Shown piece by piece: positions 52,637 through 64,000 of a DNA stretch of 64,000 nucleotides. The first letter of the stretch is position 1. Every line of letters starts with the position of its first letter. This DNA is from Octopus sinensis. Its lineage: Eukaryota. The position numbers and the translations under genes are program-made. Location: contig NC_042999.1 in NCBI RefSeq assembly GCF_006345805.1, forward strand, positions 67,766,001-67,830,000, written 5' to 3'. The notes under the pieces are model-generated. The model was given only the letters and a program-made list of their open reading frames with translations. It did not search any database and was not told the origin of the DNA.

Positions 52637-53859
52637 CAAGGTGTTAAAATAAATATTGCAAAGCATTTTATCCACTGCTCCACAGGGTTTGCCCCTTCAC
52701 TACCTCTACGTTCCATGTGGAGACTGTCATTAAGGAATAGACCCATTACCCCTGTATATCATAAAAGGTGATTAAAAGAGGTCGAGGAAGGATTTTGCAC
52801 ACCAACCATGTAAATCCCTCACCAGCAATGGCTATCCAAACAGACTCATGGGTTGGAAGATTGTTGCCTGAGTGGTGCAAAGGTGTCATGTACCTGGAGT
52901 AGGAAATCACCATCATCATCATCATCATTTAACGTCCGCTTTCCATGCTAGCATGGGTTGGACGATTTTGACTGAGGGCTGGCAAATCAGATGGCTGCAC
53001 CAGGCTCCAATCTTGATCTGGCAGAGTTTCTATAGCTAGATGCCCTTCCTAATGCCAAATACTCCGAGAGTACCAATAAATGGTGAATGCAGTGAGGTGC
53101 TGTTCCCCCATACTACTATTCCAACCTCTATCCTAGAACTCATAACAACAACATGGACATTACACCACCACACTCTTTATTCTCTTAATAATAATGAAAT
53201 TACATAAAAGCTTGTTTTTAGCACCAATGTTCAGAGTGTATGGTTACCTGCGACCTACCACACACATTCTTTGTTGTTTTCAGGACTGTCTACTCAGCTT
53301 AGATATTCTCTCTTTTACTCTTTTACTTGTTTCAGTCACTCTACTGCGCCACACCAGAGCACCACCTTTAGTCGAATGAATTGAACCCAGGACTCACTCC
53401 CATTAAGCCCAACACCCACTCCACCAGTCTCCCCTGCTGAACCGCCAAATTATGGGGATGCAAACACACTACCATCGGCTGTCAAGCGATGTTGGGGTAA
53501 CAAACACAGACACACAAACACATACACACAAACACATACACACACACACATACATGGACATTATACAAGTATCATCTCCGTTTCTCTACAAAGTCAAAGC
53601 TTTTTGCCTATATCTAAAAAAAAGAAAAAAATCAATACTGCATTGTGAGCAGCAAAATCAATTATTAGTATTTTGTTCAACCGACGACCTCTTTAAGAAA
53701 CTGAAGAAAACATTGACAGCAGATCTTGCTCATAATTCTTCTAGTCTTTTACTGGTTTCACTCATGTGACTGTAGCTATATTGAGGCACCACCTTTAAAA
53801 GGTGGAACTGTGGAGGATTATACCAAGCTCACTACTTGCAGATTTATCTTTCTTTGCTT

Positions 53860-54159
53860 TTATTGTTTACTTGTTTCAGTCACTGACCTGTGGCCATGCC
53901 GGAGCACTGCCTTCAAAAGTATAGTCAAACAAATTGACCTCCACCCCCACTACTTATGTTATAAGTCTACTACTTATTCTATCAGTCTCTTTCGCTGTTA
54001 TGTACGGAAAAGGAGAAAGGGAGCTAGTTGTCCTTAGATTAGGGACTTGGTCCAATACAGCGTTATGTGTACATAAATAAATCAACACTGGTTGTCATGT
54101 GGTGGTGGTGGTAGAGGGACACCCAAACATGCAAATCATCAGAATTCAAAATTTGTTTT

Positions 54160-54194
<35 letters not shown>

Positions 54195-54360
54195 ACAATG
54201 GGCTTTTACACAGTTTTCATCAACCAAATTCACCTGCAAGGTATTGGTCAACCCAAGGCTATAAAAGAAGAAACTTGCCCAAGGTGCTATGCAGCGAAAG
54301 TGAACCCAAAACCTCATGGTTGCAAAGCAAGCTTCTTAACCACACAGCTATACCTGCACC
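53860..54360 (-). mobile_element. Family A SINE, degenerate, with 58-bp foreign insert
   Basis: Family motifs on both sides of 54001-54058. Confidence 0.7.
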
Positions 54361-55157
54361 CATACTTAATTTACCCTTTTTTTAATTACCATTTTCAGAG
54401 GAAGGAGGGTAGTGCTTGTGATCCTTGTCAGAGACACAAGGAATTGTACGGGAAAAGGAGAAAGGGAGCTAGTTGTCCTTAGATTAGGGACTTGGTCCAA
54501 TACTTGTAACAGTGTGGACTCTAATAAGGGTATCCAAGAATCAGGTGGAGGTGTCTACTCCTTTTAATGCCTGCAGGAAAATGAAAAGCCATGACCATCA
54601 ACTCAGAATTCTATAATACAACACTTTGTCATGTATCCTCCTGTAATTGTCCATATCGTCATGGTTTCAATGTCCTCTTTTTCAAACTTGCATGAAATTG
54701 TTTATTGGGGCAAATTTTCTATGGCCAGGTGCCCTTCCTGTCATCAACCCTCAACTGTTTCCAAGCAAGGTAATATTTCCCAATGATCAGACATGCTTAT
54801 GCAGAATCATCATCATCATCATCATTGTTTAACATCTGCCTTCCATGCTAGCATGGGATGGTTTCACAAGGGAGAAGCCTGCACCAGACCTCTGCGACTG
54901 TTTCGGCAGGATTTTTACAGCTGGATGCCCTTCCTAACACCAACCACTCAGCAGAGTGGACTTAGTGCTTTTCATGTGGCACAAGCACAGGTGAGGTCAG
55001 TTTTGGCAAGGTTTTTACAGCTGGATGCCCTTCTGAAAACCAACCACTCAGCAGAGTGGACTGGATGCTTTTAAATGGCAGAATATTTTAAATAAATGAC
55101 ATTCATTTACAACAATTATGCTATGTCAAGACAAGGTAACACAACCATGTACCCCAC

Positions 55158-55198
<41 letters not shown>

Positions 55199-55872
55199 AT
55201 ACACACACACACATACACACACACACACTTAGATTTAGACACTTGGATAAGTTTCAGCCAGTATTGGCCTATGTCATGTCTAACTTAATAGCACACTTGT
55301 TTTAGTCATGAGACTGTGGCCATGCTGGGGCATTGTCTTGAAGAATTTTTAGTCGAATAAATAAATCTCGGTACTTGTTTTTTTTTTTAGCGCTTATTCT
55401 ATTGGTCTCTTTTATGGAACCACGAAGTTACAGGGATGTTTGTCAAGTGGTGGTTGGGGACAAACACAGAGAGGAAGACACACACAAACACCCACATATA
55501 TATATTTCAGGCTTCTTTAAGTTTCCACCTACCAAATCCACCACAAGGCTTTGGTCTGCCCAAAGCTATAGTACAAGTCACTTGTCCAATGTGCCACGCT
55601 GTGAAACTGAACCTGGAACCTGTTGGTTAGGAAGCAAATTTCTCAAGCACACAGCCACACTTGTCCATAATTAATACAAAATTAATAGAAGAGAAATAAA
55701 TATTTTTGCATTATATAATTTTAAACCTGTCTCATCTGAGGCCCCAAATTTGAATGAAAACAGTTTTTTTTGACAGGAAGAAATAAAGGTGCAAAGAATT
55801 AATGAAAGATTATATGTAACATAACCTACTTTTGTTCTGTTTACCTTGAAGCATAACTTAAGAGATTATATT

Positions 55873-55956
<84 letters not shown>

Positions 55957-57756
55957 AGAGAGAGAGAGAGAAAATGATACGTATGTGTACATACAGCCAT
56001 ACATATATTAGACACACACATACACTCACTCACATATATATATACATATAGTATGCACGTATGTGTGGGTGTATATTTGTGTATGCACACACACACACAC
56101 ACACAAATACACACAGAGAAAGTGAATGTATTATATTGTTTCCGATACAGTTAATGAGAAACATTTGAAAGACTGAAAGGCTTCGGAATTAGTTCTGCAG
56201 CAAAGTAACATTACAATACCAAACACTATTTCTTCAGATTCTAAAGCCATTGCCTCGAGATATATTTTTAGCTTAATTATCAGTCAATTTCTAAACCAAT
56301 AGAAGAACCTGTACAACTAATTACTTCATTTCCAATTTGATATTTCTTGCATTCTTCTAATTGTTATCTTCATACTTCTGAGAAACCAAATTACCAAAAA
56401 TATGAACAGAAAAAAAAACAAAGCAACAAAACAAAACAGAGAAATATATTTATATTGTAGCTATTCTATCAAGGAGATGGCAGGACTGGTAAGGTATCTG
56501 ACAAAATATTTTGTCATAATATATGGTTATGATCCTTTAAATTCTTATTTCAAATCCTACCTATGTTGGCTTGGCTATTTTTCTGCCAATTTCGAGGAAA
56601 TTAATAAGTATACATATCTGTGCCCTAGTAAATGATGTTTTCTTAAGGTCTAGTCAAGTGTTTCTCAACTGTGGTCTGTACTGCCCCCAAAGGGTCGATA
56701 TACGGTTTTTTGGGGTCCATGCAACAAAACAGTAAACTGGAGATCCACAATAGCATTTTAAGGGTCCCTGAAAAAAAAATTTGCTTTAGATGTATGTATA
56801 GGTGCAGGCATAGCTGTACGGTTAGAAGTTTGCTTCCTATTCACATGGTTGTGGGTTCAGTAATACTGTGTGACACCTTGGGCAAATGTCTTCTGCTATA
56901 GCCCCAGGCCGACCAAAGCCCAGTGAGTGGATTTGGTGGAGGGGAAACTGAAAGAAGCCCATCATATATATATGAACCAGTTGCCATGCATGATTGCTTA
57001 AATCAACACATTTTTTTTATTCTCACAAAGTAGTGCCCCAGAATGGCCAAAGTCAAATGAGTGAAACAAGTAAAAGTTAAAGAAATTTATACCCCAGCAG
57101 AATATTTCTTTAATAAATTTTGTGTAGGCCAATCTTTACAGTCTTTTACAATATAATTTTTATTCATTTAATGTAATCTTTCATATCGTATTCACCTAAA
57201 TTTTATATTCAAATAATATTAATCTCAAAAAGGAATGGTCATAGATCAAATTGAGTTTATTTCTTTTTAAATGGTCATATGTTAAGTTCTTTGGGTGTTC
57301 AGGCTTTTAGTTTTAACTTTGATATACTTTAGATGTTTGCAATGGTAAACAAAAAGGTTCCTTGAAATCTTCTTTCAAGTATTATATAATTTATTTAATA
57401 CACAAATTTTTATAATATAAACTTTTGATTAAAATAGCCACTTTTAAAAAAATTTGCAAGATCTGTCTTATATTAGTTTTTAACTTTAATAAATAATAAA
57501 TACATATACACACACATCAAAAAACCACACACATGCAAATAAATCACATTTACAGCCCTGCCCTTGTGCCCACCTCTATACACAGATGTCTTCCTATGTA
57601 TGTGCACACTACTGTGCCCCCTTTTGCCCTCACTAATTATCTTCATAGAACTGCATTCCCACCCAGTGCCTAACTCCTTCACCTTACCTTTTTCCCCTTT
57701 TCTTTTGTAACCACATTTTCTCATTTATTCTCCTCTTATTTTTCTTTCCTATCTTC

Positions 57757-57790
57757 CTTCTGATGAAGGACTCATGTCCGAAAAGTCAAG
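57757..57790 (+). ncRNA. Minimal type I hammerhead ribozyme core
   Basis: CTT-CTGATGA-A-GGAC-TCAT-GTCC-GAAA-A-GTC-AAG: both boxes, 4-bp stem II, GUC triplet, 3-bp stem I; one stem III mismatch. Confidence 0.6.
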
Positions 57791-58007
57791 ACTCCTTCCT
57801 TTCTTCTTGAAAATGTTACAGCTAAGATGTTTAATTAAAACTTGTTCCTTCAGTGTTGTCTTCTTTTTGTGCCTCATCAAACTCCACCCCCCACCCCCAC
57901 ACACAAGTGAATTGTCATCATTTCAGCATTCACTTTTCCATGCTTGCATGGACCAGGCGGTGTATAAAAGAAGAGAAATAAAAGTGTTTCTAAGAGTATA
58001 TATATAT

Positions 58008-58049
<42 letters not shown>

Positions 58050-58085
<36 letters not shown>

Positions 58086-58282
58086 ATTGTTTGTCCCCCA
58101 ACATTGCTTGACAACCAATGCTGGTCTGTTTATGTCCCCGTATTTTACCACTTCGGCAAAAGAGACTGATGGGGTAAGTACTAGGCTTACAAAGAATAAG
58201 TCTTGGGGTCGATTTGCTCGACTAAAGGCGGTGCTCCAGCATGGCCACAGCCAAATGACTGAAACAAGTAAAAGTGTAAAGA
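58050..58282 (+). mobile_element. Family A SINE, 3' half
   Basis: Family tail; shares diagnostic variants and downstream flank with 52393-52745. Confidence 0.8.
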
Positions 58283-59158
58283 AGGAGTTAAAATAAATAT
58301 TGCAAAACATTTTATCCACTGCTCCATAGGATTTTCCCCTTCACTACCTCTGCATTCCATGTGGAGACTCTCATATTAAGGAACAGCTCCAAGCTGGCAC
58401 AGACCTATGTCCAAACGAAGGCCTCCTGGCCATCATATCATTACTTTTGTTAAAAATCATTGTAAGTTAATGAAAGTGTTGTTTGAAGGTGATTTTAGCT
58501 GCTATTTGTAGCTGATTGAGCATCAACTCGCAGACTCCCTGTGTTGATGGAAATTCTAACATGAGAAAGGGAGGGAAGATAATGGCAGCAACAGAGTATC
58601 TTGAAACAGTTAAAGGAGTTAAAATAAAACTCTCCCTTTCTCTCTTTCGATGGATGGATGGATCACATGATGAAAGGTCAGAAGCAACAGCCTCATATTA
58701 CCCCACACTCTCTTCTCTCCTCCATACATATACAGACACACACGTTTTTCGTCTCTCAACCACACTTGGATATACTGGCACACACATATACTTATACACA
58801 CACACTCCCTCTCTCTCTCTTTCACATATGTACACTTTCTCTCGCATAGATATACACACATTTTCATCTCTCAGTCACATACTTGAATATGCTGGCACAC
58901 GCATGCACTTATACACACACGCTCTCCATCTCTCTCTCTCTTGCACACACACACCTCTCTCTCTCACACATACACACACATGCATGCATCTCTCTTTCAC
59001 ACACACACTCTCTCTCAAACATATGTATACTTTCTCTTGCATAGATATACACATACACACACCCTCCATCTATCTCTCTCACATACTCTCCACCTCTTAC
59101 AGATACACACACACACACACACATACACACATTCACACACACTCTCCACCTCTTACAG

Positions 59159-59203
<45 letters not shown>

Positions 59204-59718
59204 CTCTCTCTCTCTCTCTCATGCACTAATACGTGCACACACAAACTTTCTTTCACTCTCTCAGAAACACACAAACACACATATACACACACATGTTCAC
59301 ACAAGACATACAGCTAGCATAAATAATCTGGATGTTTCTTTAAGACAGCAGGAAATCAAGTAGTAAGAAGGTTAGCAGACAAAGCAAACACACGGCAGCA
59401 ACGCCACCAACAACAGACTCGTTAGTTACATATGGGTGGTTAAGTGGAGTGAACAAGAGCTGGGAGAAATTGTTGAATGTAATAAAAACTTATTGAAAAT
59501 ACATTTTTATTTATTTAATTCTAAACATAAGACCACACATTTTGAGAGAAAGATCATGCTTTATTTATAAAGATCCTAGTATTTAACCGGTATTTATTTC
59601 ACCATTAATGAGAATTTGAAAAAGCCAACTCGACTCTCACTGGATTTGAACACAGAATGTAAAAGAAGGTAACTCCTTTATTTTCAAACAAATATTGCAA
59701 AGCAATATAATAATAATG

Positions 59719-59750
<32 letters not shown>

Positions 59751-59753
<3 letters not shown>

Positions 59754-60385
59754 GATTGAAAAACTCAGAAAGAAATCTGTAGGTAAAAAAGAAATGAAAA
59801 TGTTACCTTTTTCTTGAGTGAATGCAGTAAGCTAGCACAAAATGAGTATAAACACAGACATGGCTTTGTAAGAGTGCATTAGGATGTTGACTGATTGTAT
59901 AGCTTCAAAGTAACAGAAAGGTGGTATGAATATAAACCAGAGGCTGTGAGAGGAAAAAAAGAATTACATGGACTCCCCCATAAATACCAACCATGCTACT
60001 GAAGCAAGAATAATTGATATGATGATAAAGGATAAAAGAAATAAAACAGCAAAAGGTCATAGACTTTGCAAAAACACATGACAACAGAGTGGATACTAAA
60101 GAAACTGAAGAAAGTTGAGAAATATTAGGGCCTAGCCAGATAGATGAAGATACAGTGGAGGATTAAGAAGACAGTTATTCCCATAGTAACTGGTGTGTTT
60201 GACACAACATCCAAACTACAAAAGATATTGGAAATGTGGTTCGCATTATCAACCAGCAGAAAAGTGCAACCTTGTATTCTGCAAAAATCCTAAGAAAGAT
60301 TCTTAATATTTGAAGAAACTTGTTGCCACCAAACCTTAAGACAACATCCCTACTGACTAATGTAGTATGAAATAGTTGTGACAAT
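59751..60385 (+). pseudogene. R4/Dong-like non-LTR retrotransposon 3' end (zinc knuckle + restriction-like endonuclease)
   Basis: Manual translation SECSKLAQNEYKHRH, WYEYKPEAV, VIDFA, KVEKY, VIPIVTG, QKSATLYSAKILRKILNI*; many stops and frameshifts; preceded by (TAA)n. Confidence 0.75.
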
Positions 60386-61119
60386 AATTATAATGGTTTC
60401 TGTTTTAGGCACAAACTCAGCCTGGCCAGAGATTTCTTAGGTTGTCTGTAGTCCTTGGGCTAAAAGTCCCCTGAAACAGGCTGTTATTTAATAGTAAAAA
60501 TATTTATCATTCTCTCATGAAGAGTAAAACCCATCGCATATAAATAATTTATATATGACAATTGCATAATTATATACATGATGTTTTTATTCCGGTGAAA
60601 CAGCTGTCGAAGACAAATTATGAAGATTTAAAATTTATGCTTTTCTGATGTTTCCCATTATGTATGTGTTGCTCACAACTACCATTTAGCCAATTCTGTA
60701 TATAAGCACAAGCTTATTTTATCAATATTTACTGCATCATAATAAGGTATTGGAGTTTAACGATGTGTTATTAATAGAACTCTTAAACACTGAAGACATA
60801 TTTTATGATGTTTATACATTAACTTTGCGTCATTCTAATGTCCACTTTTCCATGCTAGCATGTGTTGGACAACGTTCATTGAGACAAATTTTCTTTGGCT
60901 GGATGCCCTTCTTGTCACCAAACCTCACCTCTTTCCAAGCAAGGTAACATTTTCCCTGTAGTCAGACATGTTTTTGCAGAAAAAGGGAAATGAATGACAC
61001 TGCTGCAACAGTGACAATTATTTTACAAATATCAATACAATGTCAAGACAAGGGAACACAAACATATACATTCTCACTCATACACACAAACACACACACA
61101 CAATTGTGTGTATGTGCAT

Positions 61120-61375
61120 GTGTGAAGGTGCATCACTTAGTGGTTAAGGTGTTACACTCACGATTGTGAGATCGTGGGTTCAATTCCCAGACTAGGCATT
61201 GCATTGTGTTCTTGAGCAAAGCACTTCATTTCGACACCTGACATGTGGCACCTGTTGCACCTGTGCAGGTAATGTCAATCTGATGGAGGGAGTGAGCTTA
61301 TATCTACACAAACATTTGACCACTATAAACAAATCATCTGTGTGGTTGTTCAGTAAGAAATTGTTGAACCCTCGT
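61120..61375 (+). mobile_element. Family B SINE, degenerate, different tail
   Basis: CTTAGTGGTTAAGG, GGTTCAATTCCC, TGTGTTCTTGAGCAAAGCAC. Confidence 0.65.
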
Positions 61376-61747
61376 GTATATACATATATATATATATATA
61401 TATTTATGAAGATTCAGGTGAATAAGGCACTTAAATGGTAATATACCAGGTTGGATCAAAGTTAAAATTGCATGCACAGCAAACTATAGACAAATACAAA
61501 CCTTGGTACCGAAGCACAGGTAGAAAGATATCCAGGTTATGTATACAATTAATTGAACCCCTATTAGTATATTATCAGCCCTTGGGCTAATCCAGAAATG
61601 CACATGGTATTAAATGTACGATCCATAAAAACTTTGGAATATGTGAGGAGCAGGTTCTGAGAATTTGAACTCACAGCGTGGCAACAAGTAAAATACTGCT
61701 AAGCATTTCGTCCAGTGTGCTACCGATTTTGCCTGCTCTCTGCCTTA

Positions 61748-62032
61748 CTTGCTTACTGATAGACATTGCAGTCCATTCTGACCAAAATATTGACCAAAAG
61801 GAAGTGGAGAAATTGACAAAGTACAAAGACCTCAAAATTGAAGTATTCAAGATGTGGGGCATGAAGGTGAAAGCAACAGCAGTAATAATTGGAGCATTGG
61901 GCATGATAAAAAAAAAAAACATATGAACAAAAACGTAGAAGCTATACCTGGACCCTCAACACTACACACATTCCAAAAAATAGTCCTGCTAGAAACAGCC
62001 TACATCCTACACAAGACACTATCAATTCAATA
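61748..62032 (+). pseudogene. Second RLE-type (R4/Dong-like) retrotransposon C-terminal fragment
   Basis: CLLIDIAV...KEVEKLTKYKDLKIEVFKMWGMK...VIIGALG, then FQKIVLLETAYILHKTLSIQ*. Confidence 0.8.
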
Positions 62033-62339
62033 ATACAACCTAAACAAAACAATCCTCAAACACTTGACACACTCTATGTAGCAAATATCAAATGAAAGAA
62101 AACTACTATTAGTAGGCTAGATATCCAACGTATTACACATACAACACTAATACAACAAAAAACTGCACTACACCCCATAAAAAGAGAAACTGATGCAATA
62201 CAGTGTTAGGAAGAGTTTGCACACTCCCAAGAACAAAACAAAAAACACAATGCTGCATGCACCACCACCACCACAACCACCACCAACACAGAGGTGTAGC
62301 AGGTGATGCAGTGGAAATTTGCTTGAAACTACCAAATGT

Positions 62340-62511
62340 AGAAGAAGGAGGAGGAGGAGGAGGCGGAGATGGAGAAAAAGGAGGAGGAGGAGGAGAAAAA
62401 GGAGGAGGAGGGGGGAAAGAAGAAGAAAAAGAAGAAGAAGAAGAAGAAGAAGAAGGAGAAGGAGCAGAAGAAGAAGAAGAAGAAGAAGAAGAAGAAGAAG
62501 AAGAAGAAGAA
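62340..62511 (+). repeat. (GGA/GAA)n polypurine tract
   Basis: Direct reading. Confidence 0.95.
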
Positions 62512-63484
62512 TTCAGTTCAAGATTTGAATTTAAAATTTGAACAATTTAATGCATAACAGAAGTGGTGCTGGATGGATTGCTATTGAAATGGTTAAAGAG
62601 GAAGCAATCAAGTCCTCAAGGAATTTGCAAACTGATTGATGTTATGGTAAAGCAAAACAGATTCTTAGAACTTATCTTCAAGTGAAAATATAAAATGTCT
62701 TCTACATCTGCATTCCCTCAAGCAGCGCAGAATGAAAATACATCAAAATGAAATATATCTGAGACCAAACATATATTCAAAAAAAAGAAAAAAAAAAAAG
62801 AGAAAAATGAAAGATTTTAAACTTTGGTTCCAAAAGGATACAAATTTAAAAGAAAGAGAGACAGCAGGACGGTGATGGTACAATGAATTTGGTAAAGTAA
62901 ACCTCAGGATCCGAGGAGACAAGCGAGTTTAAACCATTCCAAAAGTGGAATTTCACTTCTGATCTTTTTAAAGTAAATTGGATTTTTCTAAATACATTAG
63001 CAGAACAAATTATCAAGCTCACTACCCTGCCTCTGCTGGGATTTGAACTTTGTATGATAATGGAAGTAATTATATATATATATTCTTCAGGACAGTTCTC
63101 TATTTGTGTCACTAATGTAAAACAGAAGGAGCTTCTATATGGTCACTTGAACTAAAAATCACAGCCAACTCTTCTTTGAATCATACCCTCGTCATCATAA
63201 TTTTATATCTTCTTTACAAGGTGGCATGAGCTGGATACAAGCAAGCATCACCGTTTTTGCTCAAATGATGTCAACATGAAGACATTTGGAAACCAACACA
63301 CCTCTTCACACACATAAGATATCTTTATAGCTTCCATCTCCCAAATTTCTCTTACAAGGCATTAGCCAGACAAGGCTATAGTAGATGTCACATTCCCATG
63401 GTTCAATACTGAGGTGTGTGTGTGGGTGTGTGTGCATGTGCATATACATGTGTGTGTGTGTGTGTGTATGTACATATATATTTT

Positions 63485-63921
63485 TTTCCTTTTATTTGTT
63501 TCAGTCATTTGACTGTGGCCATGCTGGAGCACCACCTTAAGTCAAACAAATCGACCCCAGGACTTATTCTTTGTAAGCCTAGTACTTACCTTATTGGTCT
63601 CTTTTGCAAGACCATTAAAACATAACATCCCAACATTGGTTGTCAAGCAATGGGAGGGAGGGGGACAAACACAGACACACACACATATATATATACATTA
63701 TATATATATGTGTGTGTATATATATATATACATATATATATCATCATCATCATCGTTTAACGTCCGTTCTCCATGCTAGCATGGGTTGGACGGTTCGACC
63801 GGGAATCTGGGAAGCCAGAAGGCTGCACCAGGCTCCAGTCTTATCTGGCAATGTTTCTACAGCTGGATGCCCTTCCTAACGCCAACCACTCCGTGAGTGT
63901 AGTGGGTGCTTTTTACGTGCC
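63485..63921 (-). mobile_element. Family A tail (63485-63690) and family D copy (63741-63921)
   Basis: Family motifs on the minus strand. Confidence 0.8.
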
Positions 63922-63967
63922 ATATATATATAGTATATACATACATATATATATAATATCATATATA

Positions 63968-64000
<33 letters not shown>

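Noticed and set aside
53560-53632. Minus-strand acceptor-like site (also about 56380 and 62760)
   Set aside because: All frames hit stops shortly after, with no convincing donor; cannot support exons.
60575-60615. GAAACAGCTGTC palindromic stem III-like motif
   Set aside because: No intact CUGANGA box or stem II upstream.
62203-62557. Poly-E/K/R/G ORFs
   Set aside because: (GGA/GAA)n simple repeat.

Overview
AT-rich, repeat-saturated eukaryotic non-coding DNA (intronic or intergenic). The SINE repertoire and microsatellite load point to an octopod cephalopod, probably Octopus (inference from recognised repeat sequences). I found no intact protein-coding gene. Almost every ORF in the track is a translation of (TA)n/(CA)n/(TACA)n microsatellites or SINEs. 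The only real protein homology is in decayed transposon remnants: RTE-clade LINE, CR1-like LINE, two R4/Dong-like RLE LINE ends and a mariner transposase C-terminus. Four short-retroposon families dominate, here labelled A-D, alongside TA- and TTAA-flanked MITEs, a 49-bp minisatellite and a near-identical 1.72-kb tandem duplication. The most striking object is a 510-bp fold-back element (10861-11370) flanked by a 12-bp target-site duplication. It consists of two back-to-back tRNA-like Pol III heads, each followed by a tail carrying a minimal Penelope-type hammerhead ribozyme core. Further hammerhead-like cores occur at about 33170, 50910 and 57770. Family names are from recall of motifs, not database searches, and repeat boundaries are approximate unless a TSD or TIR is quoted.
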